From the human T2T-CHM13v2.0 reference genome, Homo sapiens, in assembly GCF_009914755.1 (NCBI RefSeq), contig NC_060928.1: a stretch of DNA of 64,000 nt, one strand, 5' to 3'. This document shows positions 24,724 to 39,442 of this stretch, piece after piece. The number at the start of each line of letters is the position of its first letter. Position 1 is the first letter of the stretch. The translations under genes and the position numbers were made by a program. A model generated the notes under the pieces. The model was given only the letters and a program-made list of their open reading frames with translations. It did not search any database and was not told where the DNA came from.

Positions 24724-26896
24724 TGATATGGTCCCCACCCAAATCTCACCTTGAGTTGTAGTAATCCCCACGTGTCAGGGGCAAGGCCAGAGGGAGGTAA
24801 TTGAATTATGAGGGCAGGTCTTTCCCATGCTGTTGTCATGATAATGAATAAGTCTCATGAGATCTGATGGTTTTATAAGGGAGAGTTCCCCTGCACACAC
24901 CCTCTTGCCTGCCACCATGTAAGACATCATTTTGCTCTTTCCTTATCTTCCGTCATGATTTTGAGGCCTCCCCAGCCATGTAGAACTGTGAGAACAAACT
25001 AATATAGTAAATTGGTACCAGTAGAGTGGGGTGCTGCTGTAAAGATACCTGAAAATGTGAAAGCGACTTTGGAACTGGTAACAGGCCGAGGTTGGAACAG
25101 TTTGGAGGGCTCAGAAGGAGACAGGAAAATGTGGGAAAGTTTGGAACTTCCTGGAGGCTTGGAGGGCTCAGAAGACAGGAAGATGTGAGAAAGTTTGGAA
25201 TTTCCTAGAAACTTGTTGAATGGCTTTGACCAAAATGCTGATAGTGATATAGACAATAAAGTCCAGGCTGAGATGGTCTCAGATGGAGATGAAGAGCTTG
25301 ATGGGAAATGGAGTAAAGCTCACTCTTGCTATGCAAAGAGACTGGCAGCATTTTGCCCTTAAACCAGAGATCTGTGGAACTTTGAACTACAGAGAGATGA
25401 TTTAGGGTATCTGGTGGAAAAATTTCTAAGAAGTGGTAAAGTGTCCAAGAGGAAGCAGAGCATAAAAGTTTGAAAATTTTGCAGCCTGACAATGCAATAG
25501 AAAAGAAAAACCCATTTCCTGGGGAGAAATTCACGCCTGTCACAGACATTTTCATAAGTAACAAAGAGCCTAATGTTAGTCACCAAGACAATGGGGAGAA
25601 TGTCTCCAGGGCAGGTCAGAGACCTTTGCAGCAGCCCTCCCATCGCAGGCCCAGAGGCCTAGGAGGAAAAATGGTTTTGTGGACCAGGTCCAAGGCCCCT
25701 GTGCTGTGGGCAGCCTAAGGACTTGGTGCCTTGGGTCCCAGCTGCTCCAGCATGGCTAAAAGGGGCTAAGGTACAGCTCAGGCTGTGGCTTCAGAGGGTG
25801 CAAGCCTCAAGCCTTAGCAGCTTCCACATGGTGTTGAGCCTGCAGGTGCACAGAAGTCAAGAACTGAGGTTTGGAAACCTCTGCCTAGATTTCAGAGGAT
25901 TTATGAAAAAGCCTAAATATCAGGCAGAAGTTTGCTTCAGGGCAGGGCCCTGATGGAAAGCCTCTGTTATGGCAGTGCAGAAGGTAAATGTGGGGTAGGG
26001 CCCCCCCACACACAGAGCCCCCACTGGGGCATTGCCTAATGAAGCTGTGAGAAGAGATCCACCATCCTTCAGACCCCAGAATGGTAGATCCACTGACAGC
26101 TTGCACCGTTTGCCTGGAAAAGATGCAGAGGCTCAATGACAGCTCTTGAAAGCAGACAGGAGTGGGGCTGTACCCTGCAAAGCCACAGGGGCAGGCTGCC
26201 CAAGACCATGGGAACCCACTGCTTATGTCATGATCAATAATCAGCATGACCTGGATGTGAGACATGGAGTCAAAGGAGATCATTTTGGAGCTTTAAGACT
26301 TGACTGTCCCACTGGATTTTGGACTTGCATGGGGCCTGTAGTTTCTTTGTTTTGGCCAATTTATCCCATGTGGAATGGGAATTTTTACCCGATGCCTGTA
26401 CCCCCATTGTATCTAAAAGGTAACGAATTTGCTTTTGATTTTACAGGCCCATAGGCAAAGGGACTTGCTGTGTCTCAGATGAGACTTTGGACTTGGACTT
26501 TTGAGTGAATGCTGGAATGAGTTAAGAATCTGGGGGACTGTTGGGAAGGCATGATTGTGTTTTGAAATGTGAGGACATGAGATTTGGGAGGGGCCAGGGG
26601 AGCAATGATATAGTTTGGCTGTGTCCTCAACCAAATTTCCCTTGAATTGTAATAATCCCTACTTGTCAAGGGCAGGGCCAGAGGGAGGTAATTGAATCAT
26701 GGGGGCAGGTCTTTCCTGTGCTGCTCTTGTGATAATGAGTAAGCTTCATGAGATCTGAAGGTTTTATAAAAGGGAGTTCCCCTGCACATGCCCTCTTGCC
26801 TGCTGCGTGTAAGACATCCTCTTGCTCTTCCTTTGTCTTCCACCATGATTGTGAGGCCTCCCCAGCCATGTGGAACTGTGAGAACAGACTAATACA
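24724..26896 (+). mobile_element. Complete THE1 (B-like) element: LTR 24724-25006, internal 25007-26605, LTR 26606-26896
   Basis: Paired LTRs, THE1-int start gtaaattggtaccagtagagtgggg, purine tract before the 3' LTR, TSD gcaat/gaaat; ~55-bp tandem duplication at ~25102-25205. Confidence 0.95.
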
Positions 26897-27109
26897 GAAA
26901 TGTAAAATAAAAAGTAGATTGTATTTTTAAAATGTGATACTAAGCATCAAAGTTTAAAAAAGTAAACCATGTGGATTCTAGTTTTGTTATATTAAATAAG
27001 AAATTAAATATATGGACTTTACATACATAAAAATACATAATTCATTTATTTTTATAATTTAAGCATACTACATTGATTTATTCAGACAGCTTTCTCTCCT
27101 CACAGAAAA

Positions 27110-28655
27110 GTACAGCAAGTTTTATTGGCTCCAACTCCATTTGTTCTCTGCTCTGCTTAGGGTCACTGGTGACCTCCATGTTGTCAAATCCATACACATT
27201 TTTCCTTCTTTGTCTTACATTTCTCATCAGTATTTTATTTATTTGATAAATTTGACCAGCCTCTTTGAGTTAAAAAAAAATTCTTTAATTCAATTCATGA
27301 TATCTTATTCTTTGGTTTTGAGTTTCCTTTTTTTAATATGTTTTCTTCTTTTCTGGCTATTTCTGTTTTATACAACCTGAGAACTTTGTATAGTGCTTGT
27401 TCGTTGTTGTTTGTTTGTTTTTTCCCTCACGTCATATATACTTACTTTGTCTAACTCAGGCAGTCCCATGCCTTTAGAAATTTTATATGTTTACATCTCC
27501 CAGAAGTATATCACCAGTATCACCAGTCCTGATACTATCTTTGCATTTCAGGCTCTATAAGCAACAATCTACTACCCATCTAAAATTTCCTTCAGACCTT
27601 TATCCTTTCATCTCTCTTTGCTTGAATATATCATAAGCATCTTAGTTCTACCATGATCAAAATTATTCTGCCTTATCTCTGCAAACAAATCTACTCTTCT
27701 TTTAGCCTTCACTGTTTCAATAAATGACACTACCATCCTCTAGTTAGTTACTTAAGTAATGAAGCAGAGTAACCCTTACATATGATTGTACAACAAATTC
27801 TGCCAATTTTGTCTTTAAAATAATATATTTAATTTTACAAGTTATCTCAAGTTCCACCCCAACACTCTGTCTTAATCATCCTAATTTCTTATCTTCTGTA
27901 ATAATTGCTTTCACTCTTGCTCCCAACTAATCCACTGTTCTCATAACAACCAAAATAATCCTAAAATATAAATCAAGTGATGTTATTTCTCTGATTAAAT
28001 GTTTTCCAAGGCTTTGCATCACACTCAGGACTAAATTTTAAAATTTGACCATGCCCTCATGATGCCTTTCTAGTCATTCTTACTCTCCAGTCCTTCTTAC
28101 GCTCACTGTTTGCTATCCAGTGCCTGGAAAATTCCTTCAGTCCTTTATACTTTTATGTCTCTTTCATTGAAGTACACCTCTCCATTACTCAGCTCCGCCT
28201 ACTGCATGCTCAATATTCTTTTTTCTTTTCTTTGATATGGAGTCTTACTCTGTTGCCCAGCCTGGAGTGCAGTGGCGTGATCTTGGCTCACTGCAACCTC
28301 TGCCTCCCACGTTCAAGCAATTCTCCTGCCTCAGCCTCCTGAGTAGCTGTTATTGCAGGTGTCTGCCACCATGCCTGGCTAATTTTCAATGTTCTTTTGC
28401 CCAGATAATTCATACTCATCAATGAGATTTTGGCTTAAAAGTCAGTTTCTCAGTCCTCTAATTGAAATAAGTTGCTTTTTGCTCAGAGCACTGGTTTCCT
28501 TTCTTTCATAGACAGCATTAGTTTCTAAGCATGAGTTTATTTCTTTGTTGTTTGCTTTCTCTTCTTATTGGCCAATAAATGGTGAGTGCTGTTTCTCTTT
28601 TGCCCATATTTTATCAATAAGAAGTTCTAGTATAGTAAATAGTGGATGATGAATG
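27110..28655 (-). mobile_element. L2 remnant
   Basis: L2 motifs ggtcactggtgacctccatgttgtcaaatcc and caataaatgacactaccatcc; boundaries approximate. Confidence 0.7.
28219..28386 (-). mobile_element. 5'-truncated AluS (right monomer)
   Basis: TSD caat(a/g)ttc at 28211-28218 / 28387-28394. Confidence 0.9.
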
Positions 28656-30205
28656 ATAATTTTGTTGTAATGTCCCCCTCAAATTTCATTTCTCTCTACA
28701 AATCCAACACAATATTGGGCATGTTTACATGCATAAGTCATTGTTCCCTGATGGATCATCCCTTTTACCTTTTCTCTTCATAAAGTTCATCTTATCTCAG
28801 GAGGATGCACTTATCAATTCTTCTTCAAAGTACTTCAAATCAGTTTGGTGTCCCCTTTGTTGTGGAACTTTCAGTGCCTCTGAAATATCATTGCAAGTTT
28901 CATTATAATTTTTTTATCTCCATTTTCCCTACCCTTATAGGTAACAAATTCAAACATGTATTCAATTCATGATATCTTCTATCATTTCTTCCTAAACTAT
29001 TTACAAACTTGTGTTCCCATGTTTTCTTAATTTATCTACTAATTATTTTTAATTTTGAACAACTTCAATTAAAAGAATGAATAATAACCATAATAGTACA
29101 ATAGTAACTGCGAAAACTTCTATGATTGTTTGCTATTTTAGGAACCCTTTTAATTTTATATAAATAGAATGTATCTCTTTCCAAAAACCGCAGGAGAGCT
29201 GAACTCAGCTTTTATGTGTCTTTTTGTCAGGAAAGGAGAAGAATAGTGTTTCAAAGATTTTAACTTACCTTTGCCTGACTGGAAACTTCACTGAAGTGAG
29301 AATTTATATAGGAAGTTGATTACCAGAGTAGAGTATTAGGCTTGATTTTCTTCTCTACAACCAGAAAATACATTTTTGGGTGACTTGGGGACAGAACATT
29401 GAATGAGACCACTAAAATATAGGTGTGCATCTTGTGTTTTTCTTGATACAATGTTATTTCTTCTCAGGAAGGTGTCAGAAATGCTGATTACCAAGAAATC
29501 AGGTTTTATGAGAGAAAGAAAAGACAGTGAAGTAAGGCTGTAAGTGAATTATTTGCTTTATATCACATAACACAATTCATTTGACCAGTTTGTATTGGTG
29601 GTGGTGTCAGTAGTTATTTGAAAAGAGCTAATTCATAACCAAAGAAGGCAGATTCCTCAAACTTTTTTTCACAGACATTTTGTGTGTGTGTGTGTAATGT
29701 GGTGTCACTGGTAAGATCCATTTGTAGAGACTCCATAGGAAGAAGAAAAAAATGCAATTACTTTGAAGGGCAGCCAATGAAATGATTAGAATTGAGTATA
29801 ATTATACATTTTTGTTATCAGTGTCTATACACATTTCTACTTTCATTTATTATTTTCATGGTGTTTCTTTTACCAAAATCAATCATAGTCTTTAAATAGG
29901 CACTGTAAGGGATCCAAACAGAAAAGAATCTTTCATTGACAGGATTTTGTAAGAGGTGCTACTTATTTCTTTTGGCTCACTTGAATTTGAAACTTGTAAT
30001 AAATTTTCCCCAATTGCTTATATATAATATACTTGTAGGGTTTAAAAAATTATGTTGTCTTGTAGATAACAAGCAGATTTAGGGAGAATAGATCATCCTC
30101 TGTTATGGGAAATACCAAAAAATTAGTATATATTATTATAAAAATAAAACCACAAAGTAAGTAGAGTCACAATTCATTCTACTCTGATAGTCAATGTACA
30201 ATTCT

Positions 30206-30517
30206 AATTTTATTTTATTTTTATTTATTCAGTTTTTAGAGACAGGGTCTGTTTCTATTGTCCAGGCTGGGGTGCAATGGTGCTATCATAGCCCATGCAA
30301 CCTTGGACTCCTGGGTTCAAGCCATCCCTTCCTAAGTAACTAGTAGTACTACGGGCATGCCACCATTCCCAGCTAAAGTTTTTAAAATTATTTTTTTGTA
30401 CAGACAGGGGTCTCTCTGTGTTACCCCAGCTGGTCTTGAACTCCTGGCCTCAAGCAAGTCTCCTGCCTTGGCCTCCCACAGTGTTGGGATTATAGGCACG
30501 ATCTACTGTACCCAGCC
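30206..30517 (-). mobile_element. AluJ
   Basis: Diverged dimeric Alu; TSD aca(a/g)ttct. Confidence 0.9.
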
Positions 30518-33500
30518 AACAGTTCTTAATAAATGAAAGACAAATTTTTATTCTGATTTAGTGAAGATTATATATATTTTTGCTAGATATCTTTCAAGCA
30601 TTCCCTGCTGTCCTCCATTGATATGGCCAATTGCTTGCACTAGACTCTTATTCTCACTCTTGATGCACTCCTGCATAGTTCCTTCTAGTAGGGCCTCTTG
30701 TATCTACTGTCTTCAATATCCTTTGCAAAGCTCAGTGCTTGCGTCATCCTTGGGAATGTAAATGGTGTCAAATATGTTCATCTTAGGTAGTATCAATACT
30801 GTCAAATAGTTTAGTTTTTTCTTTCTACATCCTGAGTTCTCCCTTTTTCCTTTATGTTTGGCTCTTCTTTCTGTACAAAGTAACAGTCTGCCCTTGGCAA
30901 AATACCTAAAATCTGGAATATAAATAGCTGTAGCTCACTACTTGGATTTCAGGCTGAATTATTATACTTTGTTTATATCTTCCTACTAGAAGCAGAGCCC
31001 TGCTTTAATTGTTCTGTCAGTACTTACCCAGTATAATGAAGACAACAGATACATATCTTGTCTAAGTTTTCCTTTAATTTGTAAAAATCTGTGCTACAGA
31101 AAAATGACAAAGCCTTTAACAATTCCTTAAGTTAATTGGTAGCAAGGTCATACAATCTTAGTTCTAGCTTAACATTTTTATTTACTTAGATTTTCTACAG
31201 AAATGACAGCTAATTATAAGAAACATATGTGTATATATGATATATACCTGATTAAACTTTATTATAGAGAATTCAACATTTAGAGAGTATACACCAATCA
31301 AATAAAACTGTCTTAAAAACAAAGTCTGATGGTTACAAATATCACTCACATTAAATATTGCTAAATAATGATTATTAGAAGTTAATTCTAATTGATTATT
31401 ATGGTTTTATCAGAGTAACGTTTTTATACTCCATACCAAAAAATATTCAGTGTGGTAGTTTCTTCTAAACAGCAATATTTAAAATAGAAAAATAGATCAC
31501 AGTCTCCTTTTATGTAATTACACTTTTCTCTTAGTAGATCAAGTACAGTATGAATTGTGATGAAAGTCAATGAATAATTAATATATTATGTAACACTTTT
31601 GCAAAAATTACCTTAAGAGGAGATGGAATTTCAATGTTAATTGATGTGAGAACAAATTGCAAGTTTTTAATGCTTAATCTTTGTAATCTCAATTTTATTG
31701 GAAAATACATGTTTAATATTAGCATTACAAGTGTCATCATATTGCAATTTGAACATTTTGAAACATTGATAATTAAAATAATAAATGAATGTAATTCATC
31801 CATTATGGAAAGTCATAGCTAACATTTATGATGTAAAATACACTTATTTGATCTATTAATTATATAACTTATTATTTTACTAATATGCTTTGCATCACTT
31901 TTGAATCCCTATAATATACCAGATTATTGCATTCCAATACAAAATTGTAAAAAGTATAATGGAAACGAATAAAATACATGTCATAGTTTGAGGAAAAAGG
32001 TATTGCGAAATGTAGATTTTAATAACATTTTATGAAGTAATATATTTACCAATACTAACAAAGGAAGAAAGAATCAAATAAAATAGAACTATGTAGGTAA
32101 AATTGAATTATTACTATTATGTCTTTATAGTTCATGCACATTTTACTTACACATAACTTGAAATGCTATTCACTTAAAGAAATGTAATAAAATTCATTGA
32201 GAATATATAAATAGGATTCTCTGAGGATTTTGTTGCAAAAAAAGGGCAAAAGGAAGAAAGAAAGGAAGGAAAGTAGGAAGGAAGGAGAAAAGGAAGGAGT
32301 GAAGAAGGAGGAGACAGAAAAACATAAATCCTAACTCCATTTGGCAAAAGTAGAGCTCTTGTGTTCTTACAAAGGGAAACCTTTTTCTCAAGTGTCCAAA
32401 TTCCTAAAACATCCAAACCAAGAATTCAAAATAAAATGAATTACAAAAATGAAAACTATTAAATGTCGTGTTATTAAAAACAAAACTGCCCTATTTGGTC
32501 AAGGTGTACTATCATGTTGTAAGCTACGGTGTTGCCATTAAAAGGTCCATGGTATCATAATGGCCATATTCAAAAGAAAGGACAGAGAAGTGTGGATTGT
32601 AACAATTTGTGGTGATACGGAAATTGTGAGCGTTCTTAACTTTACATGCTTGGCAGATAACTGTTTTAGAATGCTGAATTGGAAAATACAAATATATATT
32701 AAATATATTCCCTATAACATATGTATTTTATCTCATTCCCTTATCTCTAAAACAGGAGGAAAAAATATTTATAAAATGACGAAGGTAAATCAAGGGAAAG
32801 AGAAAAGTTTCCGTGGAGATATATAATTTCCAGAGATACTATTGATCCAGAAAAAAAGAAAAGTCAGCACAAATAAGTTTCAAATGTAAACTACTGGAAA
32901 ATTCTATATAATGAAAATAGTTGTTAAATAATACATTTTTCCACACCAAAATATAATTTTAACATTCAGGGAGAAAAAAGCCCCTGTTATTTGCTTAAAT
33001 GGCAAAAAGTCACTGTGAGTTGCTTAACTGAAGCACCATCATCATATTAATATTTCTAGCAATGTTATTTTTCTTCTAGTTAAGAGTGAAGCACACAGTA
33101 TCAATATTAATTTCAGTTCATCTAACCATAAAGTGATTCAAAATTGATTTTAGGTAATATTTCCTTTAGTAATATACTGTTATATTTACATAGGACCAAT
33201 TAAGACCTTTTAGGTAAAATCATAGTTTGATATATTCCTGTTGAGACTTAATGTGTAATGTGTTTCTTAAAAAATATACAACTTATTAAGATCAAGTTGT
33301 GAATATTTTGATAATATTGTTGCAAGATCTGGTGATGTTCTTTCAGCTAATTCTGTGGAAAAAGAAAATTTAAGAAAAAACCCTAGAAAATGCAAGGTTG
33401 ATAATGTTTGAATCTCCCACTGATTTAAAATATATTAAACACCCTGAATGAGTATTTAAGACATTGCTTTACAACTTCTGCTAGTACGGATCCTAGAAAG

Positions 33501-35736
33501 GACAGAACTGGCTTATGTAGACTATTAATAATAAAATATTACTTTCATATTTAAAATGACTTTTCTGATCGGTGATAGGATGGCAATTATTCTCTATGTC
33601 ATCACTAGTGATCAATGTGATAACACAACCATTGTATAGATCAGTTAATAAATCAATGAGAGAAATCTGCAGGAAATCCTGTACTGCTCTCTTTCATGAC
33701 AAGCTTCACAAAATGCTATGGGGATGAATGCAAAAGAAGCCTAAAATACCAACCCCCACTGCAGTGATATAAAGGAGATAGTTACTGCTGCTCTCGACAA
33801 GGCTTGCTTCTTCCTCCATAACCAGAGAATAATTAATCTCTAAAAGTACTTAGTTTCAGAGTTTACAAAAGCCAGCTTGATAATCAGAATATTATCCTTT
33901 TATGGAAGCACAACTCAAAGAAGCAAGTTAAAGTCACATTCCAACTTATTTCTGTACCCAAAACTCTTGGAGAGGAAGTAATAGTCTTCTCTCTTAATTG
34001 GAAAGTCATAAGCCATCCTCAAATAGCATGTTGTCCTTTTATCTAAGCCCTTTATAATTACCATGTTTATATTTTCATCACTTATCAGTGATTTGTTGCA
34101 CTGCTACTGACTCTACACGATTATTGGTATGCTACAGGCAGACGCTTTGGAAGAGCCTTTTTCTTTCCCTGAGAGCCAGGTTGCTGAGAAAACAAAAAAA
34201 TAAAAAAGAAAGAAAGAAAACGAGACAGAGGTACCTTCTGCTAGTTTTTGCAAAGACCCCCCCCATTACCTTTATGAATTAGCAATTGATACAGCTAACA
34301 TAGTGCCTGGCCCTTTTGTCTGGATCTGGGTCCAGGACATGGGTCTCTGTTTTCAGAGCAAGAGGAACTTCATAAAGGGTTATGGCTCATGGCTTCTCTA
34401 GAAGGTATTGTTATCTAATGGCCAAAGTTGGGCAAAATTTTTAAATTAACAGATGTGAAATCAGTGACCAAAAAATTATAGAGTAGGCTACATTTCTCAA
34501 AGTTTTTGCCAAATATTTCTAATGCCATAGAACAATAAACCAGGGACGTCTAGTAGACTGCTTGGTGCTCACTGCTGCTCCATTCTTAAAAGTTTATGAA
34601 AATCTCTGTAGAAAAGTGATTTTCCAAAGAAGTGGTACAATACAAAGTTGAAATTTTCAATAAATAAATATTATTACTGGAAAATTTAGTTCATTGTGTC
34701 ATGAAACAGTCACTGACTAACTCATTAGTCTTTTTTGCTATGTCACGCAGGGGCATGCTCAGTAAAGAAAGATAACTCATTCTTTTCCTTTTTTCTTAAA
34801 CTATTAACACCACAATTTTTGTCACATGTAATTTAAGGTGAAAAACTACTTATATTACCAATGATCAGTTCTCTTTTTCCCGTTCTTAAACTTAATTCCC
34901 ATTATAAGGATATTGTCAAATAATCACAGTTTTGCTTACAGTTGTTGATGTGACTGTTCAGTCTTGAAAGATAACTGCTAAGTAATTCGAATTTGTTAGC
35001 AACTTGCTAGATAAACAATGAATCCTTTCTCTTTATTCTCATGTTTACTCTTTGCCAGAACATCACTATTTTTCTCTTTGAAGAAAAGCAGCAAATAAAT
35101 TTTGACCAGTGCATTTCACATGCCAAGTAATGATTTATCTCTTGTATGAAAAAGTTTATGCCAATTCAAATTCCCTTATAAATATGGCCCAAAAGTGTTT
35201 AAATTATTATTTCTTAATTTACCATGTTAGCACTCATTTGAAAATGCTGAAAAAACTAGGATAAAAAGTATTTAAGCTGAAAGATGGCTTGCTGTGTCTG
35301 GGTTCCAGATATGAAATGGGTGCAGTGAACCCCACTCTTATATTTTTACCTGTTATAGTTTTAGCGCCATATAAGTATATATCTCTATTTTATCCAGTTG
35401 AAATTAAACTACTATAAATATTTAAAAATTTCATTTTAAGTAATTTCACAATTAATTCTGTCTTCACAAATAATTTTTTATACATGGAGAAACAAGACAA
35501 AACTTCAAGACAACCAAAATGCTAACTATTTCTAAAATTTCAAGATTATTCTCTAGGTGATTTCAGTGTTTCAACTAATTATTCAAAAACATTTTTAAGC
35601 ATTTTGAAATAAAGGATTTTTTTCCACCTTGGCTTTCTCTTTTTGAGCAAGCCATATAGTATATACACACACATATGAATGAATCTATTCAGATATATAT
35701 GTTCATATATAGATATATAGGTATATCTATTCATAT

Positions 35737-36041
<305 letters not shown>

Positions 36042-37119
36042 CATTCATATTTTTAATGTAGTACTATGCTTCATAAAATTTCTAAATATTTTATGAGCTT
36101 ATTCTCCCAACATGACTTTAAAACTGATCTTATAAAAACCTTCATCTATTTTTATTTGCTTGTCATAGGTAGAAATCTCAGTTTTCTAATTCAGATGTGT
36201 AATAAACAAAAATTATTTTTCTAAAATTGAATTTATTTTCTATTTTTAGCCCTATTCTGTCAGAATGTCAAAACCATAATCCCAATTATTATTACTCAGT
36301 CTCCCCTCTCCTTTTCAAGGAACCGTGTCAAGGATCCATGTGTCTTACATAGTCTAAAGACATTGAAGGGCAGGGCTGGGCATCTAGTCCTAAATGTACT
36401 CTGTCCTCATTGACTTCTATTGAGTCACATATTGTCTTGCTTGTTTCTTAGTGATCAGTCTGTACATATTGCTACTAAATTATTCTGGGCTGTCATCTAA
36501 TGCATTAAATTCAGCAAATCTCTTTCTTCTTTAGTACCACTCTTAGGCAAAGAGAAATTCTTCTGTTGCTCCCACAACAAATTATGCTCATGGACTTTCT
36601 GAGCTCTATTAATCTCCAATCTGCTCAGAAATTTTATGTAACTGTCTTTATTTTTGCTCTGTTTTGTGTTGCATGGATTTCATTCTGCTGCCTCTGTGCA
36701 TTCTGGGACACAAGGAGCTCTGTGATGCTTCTCAGGTTCTACTTGTATAACACATACTTCTGCCACCTTTTTCTGGAGACTCACTACCTTGTTAAGGTGC
36801 TACTGGGAGACAGGGTACAATTGGACTATGGTCTTAGTTGCCTCAAACATGTCCAAGATAAATGGATGGAATAAAAATAACAAAAAATACAGAATAATCT
36901 TGATTGGCTATTTACATGCTTTTAGATGCATTTTTATTTATTTATTTATTTATTTATTTTAATATGAAGTTATTTCCATTTTCCAATTGCAGGCTTTTCC
37001 TCTTAACTGGGCTTTGTATTCTATCTCCTATTTTCTGAGGCATTTTTTTTTCACATTTAACCACTTTTTATTTACTGACTTATTCTGTTGATGATGATGA
37101 CGATGATGACAATGATAGT

Positions 37120-37615
37120 TGTATCAGTCAGGACAAAGTCAGGAAGACAGAACCCATGCCAGGTAGTTCAGTAGAGGAATATAACATGGGAACCTACTTG
37201 TAAAAGTGAAAAATGAGATGAAAAACCAAATGGGTCATAGTAAGACAACCCAGAGCTTAGCAACAGGTGAAAGGTGTTATCATCCCTATAGCTGGAAGTA
37301 CAAATGGGACACAATGATGCTTCTCAAGTTCAGAGACTGAAAGTCTTCAAGGAGAGCTCACACCATGGAGAAGGGACAGGTTCTGTTGAGATCTAGCATG
37401 GAACAGACAGAAAGAGAGAGGAAGAAATATAAATATCCTGATTTCTCCTTTTCTTTCTTCCTAGTGTTCTGCTAGTGCATTCAGGATCCTGAAACAAATT
37501 AGAAGTCAATGGACAAGGGTCCTTGGAAATGCAGGAGTCAGACATTTGTGGTGACAAGCAAAGCAATGGGCATCAGGGAATGAACCCAAGAGTAAACAAA
37601 TTAATCACAGGTCCA
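37120..37615 (-). mobile_element. Old ERVL/MaLR-class LTR
   Basis: Begins tgtatcagtcagg...caggaagacagaaccc; highly diverged. Confidence 0.4.
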
Positions 37616-38558
37616 ATAGCCAAAGGACAAAAACATATGTAGTCTTTACCAACCTTTGATTTAGATACTACTATTATTCCCACTTTAGAGGAGAGAAAAC
37701 TAAAACAACGTCATGTTTAAAAAAAATGGTAATAAAAATAAAGAACAGGTTGTTTAGGGGGCCGAAGGAAAAGGAGAGGTGTGGAGAGAACATTAATTCT
37801 TCTTTTAGATTGATTAACTTGTTAAAATCAACAGATACCCCTTCAGTAAATAACAATGAAGTGAAAACGATCAAGCAGCTCCCATTAAAAAAAAATTCCT
37901 AATTCTTAATTTTTCCTTGATGTTCTTCTATCATTCGTAATCAAACTTCTTGAAAGATTTTTATAAATTACTCATCTTTAATTCTTGTATTTTCACTAAC
38001 ATTATACATGGAAACATTTTATAATTCTTCCACTCCATTGGAACAATACTGGACAAGGACCCCAGATGGTTGTTCATCATGACACGCAGTGAGGGCTTTT
38101 CATGTTTCATTCCATCTTATCTGACCCTTCTCTGTTTTTTCTTGGCAAATTTCTGCCTGTTAACATAAAACACACTAGAAACTAAAAAAAAAAAAAAAAA
38201 AAAAAAAATCCAGGCAGAAAGTTGGAGAAAGTAGAAAAAGGAGGCCACATGCATACCTTCTAATGAGCCTTCTAATGATGAAGACACTACACAGTTTCTA
38301 TTTATGTCCCTTTGGCCAGGACTAATTCATATAGCTACATTTAGGTTCAAGGAAGGATGAGAAATAATCTTTTTGCAAGGTGGCAATGTGCTTATCTAAA
38401 GAATGGAATTCTGTCATTAAAAATAAGGATTAAATGTATGTTGTATGGTTACTAGCAGTCTCTACTGAAGAGGTTATGTTTGATACATTGAATTGTCTCC
38501 ATAAAATATTAAGTAGATCATTAATACTTAACATAATGGAGTTGAAAATATAGAGAGA

Positions 38559-38858
38559 GTCCCAGGTGCAGTCACTCATACCTGTAATCCAAGCAATTTG
38601 GGAGGCCGAGGCAGGTGGATCACTTGAGACCGGGAGTTCGAGACCAGCATGGCTAATATGCGAAACTCCATCTCTACTAAAAATACAAGAATTAGACAGC
38701 AGTGGTGGCACATGCCTGTAATCCCAGCTACTTGGGGGGTGAGGTGTGAGAATTGCTTGAACCCGGGAGGCGGAGGTTTCAGTGAGTCGAGATTTCACCA
38801 CTGCACTCCAGCCTGGGTGACAGAGCAAAACTCTGTCTCAAACAACAACAAAAAAAAG
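38559..38858 (+). mobile_element. AluS
   Basis: Dimeric Alu; tagagag flanks both ends. Confidence 0.92.
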
Positions 38859-39197
38859 TAGAGAGGGCATGATACATCATCTCAGAATGCTGGAAAACAA
38901 ATGCACTAGGGAGACATCATAGGAGTTCAAATATACTTGTTTTGTGCTCATCTGAAGTCTTTGATTTTGACTTTAATGTGAAAATGCCCAGTTGTATGAT
39001 TTTCTTTTTCTTAGAATATTCTGGTTCTCAATTACAGGGAGAAAAATGGTATAAGTTAGAATTCAATAAGAATTTTCTTAAAGTACACAATGGTGGTAAA
39101 AAGGGCAAAAGAGATGAGTATTTGCAAATGAGTGATTATAATGGCATACTTTAATTAAGCTGGACAGTAAAAGAAACAAAACCAGGAAAGGGCCAAT

Positions 39198-39442
39198 ATT
39201 TTGGAATATTTGTATATATGTAATGAGATATCTTGGGAATAGCACCCGAGTGTAAACACAAAATTCTTTAGTTTAACATACACCTTATAAACATAGCCAG
39301 AAGGTAATTTTATACACTATATTTTGATAATTTTGTGCATTAAACAAAGTTTGTGCATGAAACAAAGTTATAGCAAGAGAGTTAAAGAAGATTTTGATAA
39401 TTTTGTGCATGAAACAAAGTTATAGCAAGAGAGTTAAAGAAG
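39198..39442 (-). repeat. Inverted local copy of 40848-41005 plus nested tandem duplications
   Basis: 39198-39355 equals the reverse complement of 40848-41005 with 5 mismatches in 158 bp by my count; 39391-39442 repeats 39321-39390 minus an internal 18-bp duplication. Confidence 0.95.

Noticed and set aside
38185-38208. Isolated poly(A) run (similar homopolymer runs at ~3847-3903 and ~46396-46420)
   Set aside because: No attached retroelement body or TSD found; treated as simple homopolymer expansion.
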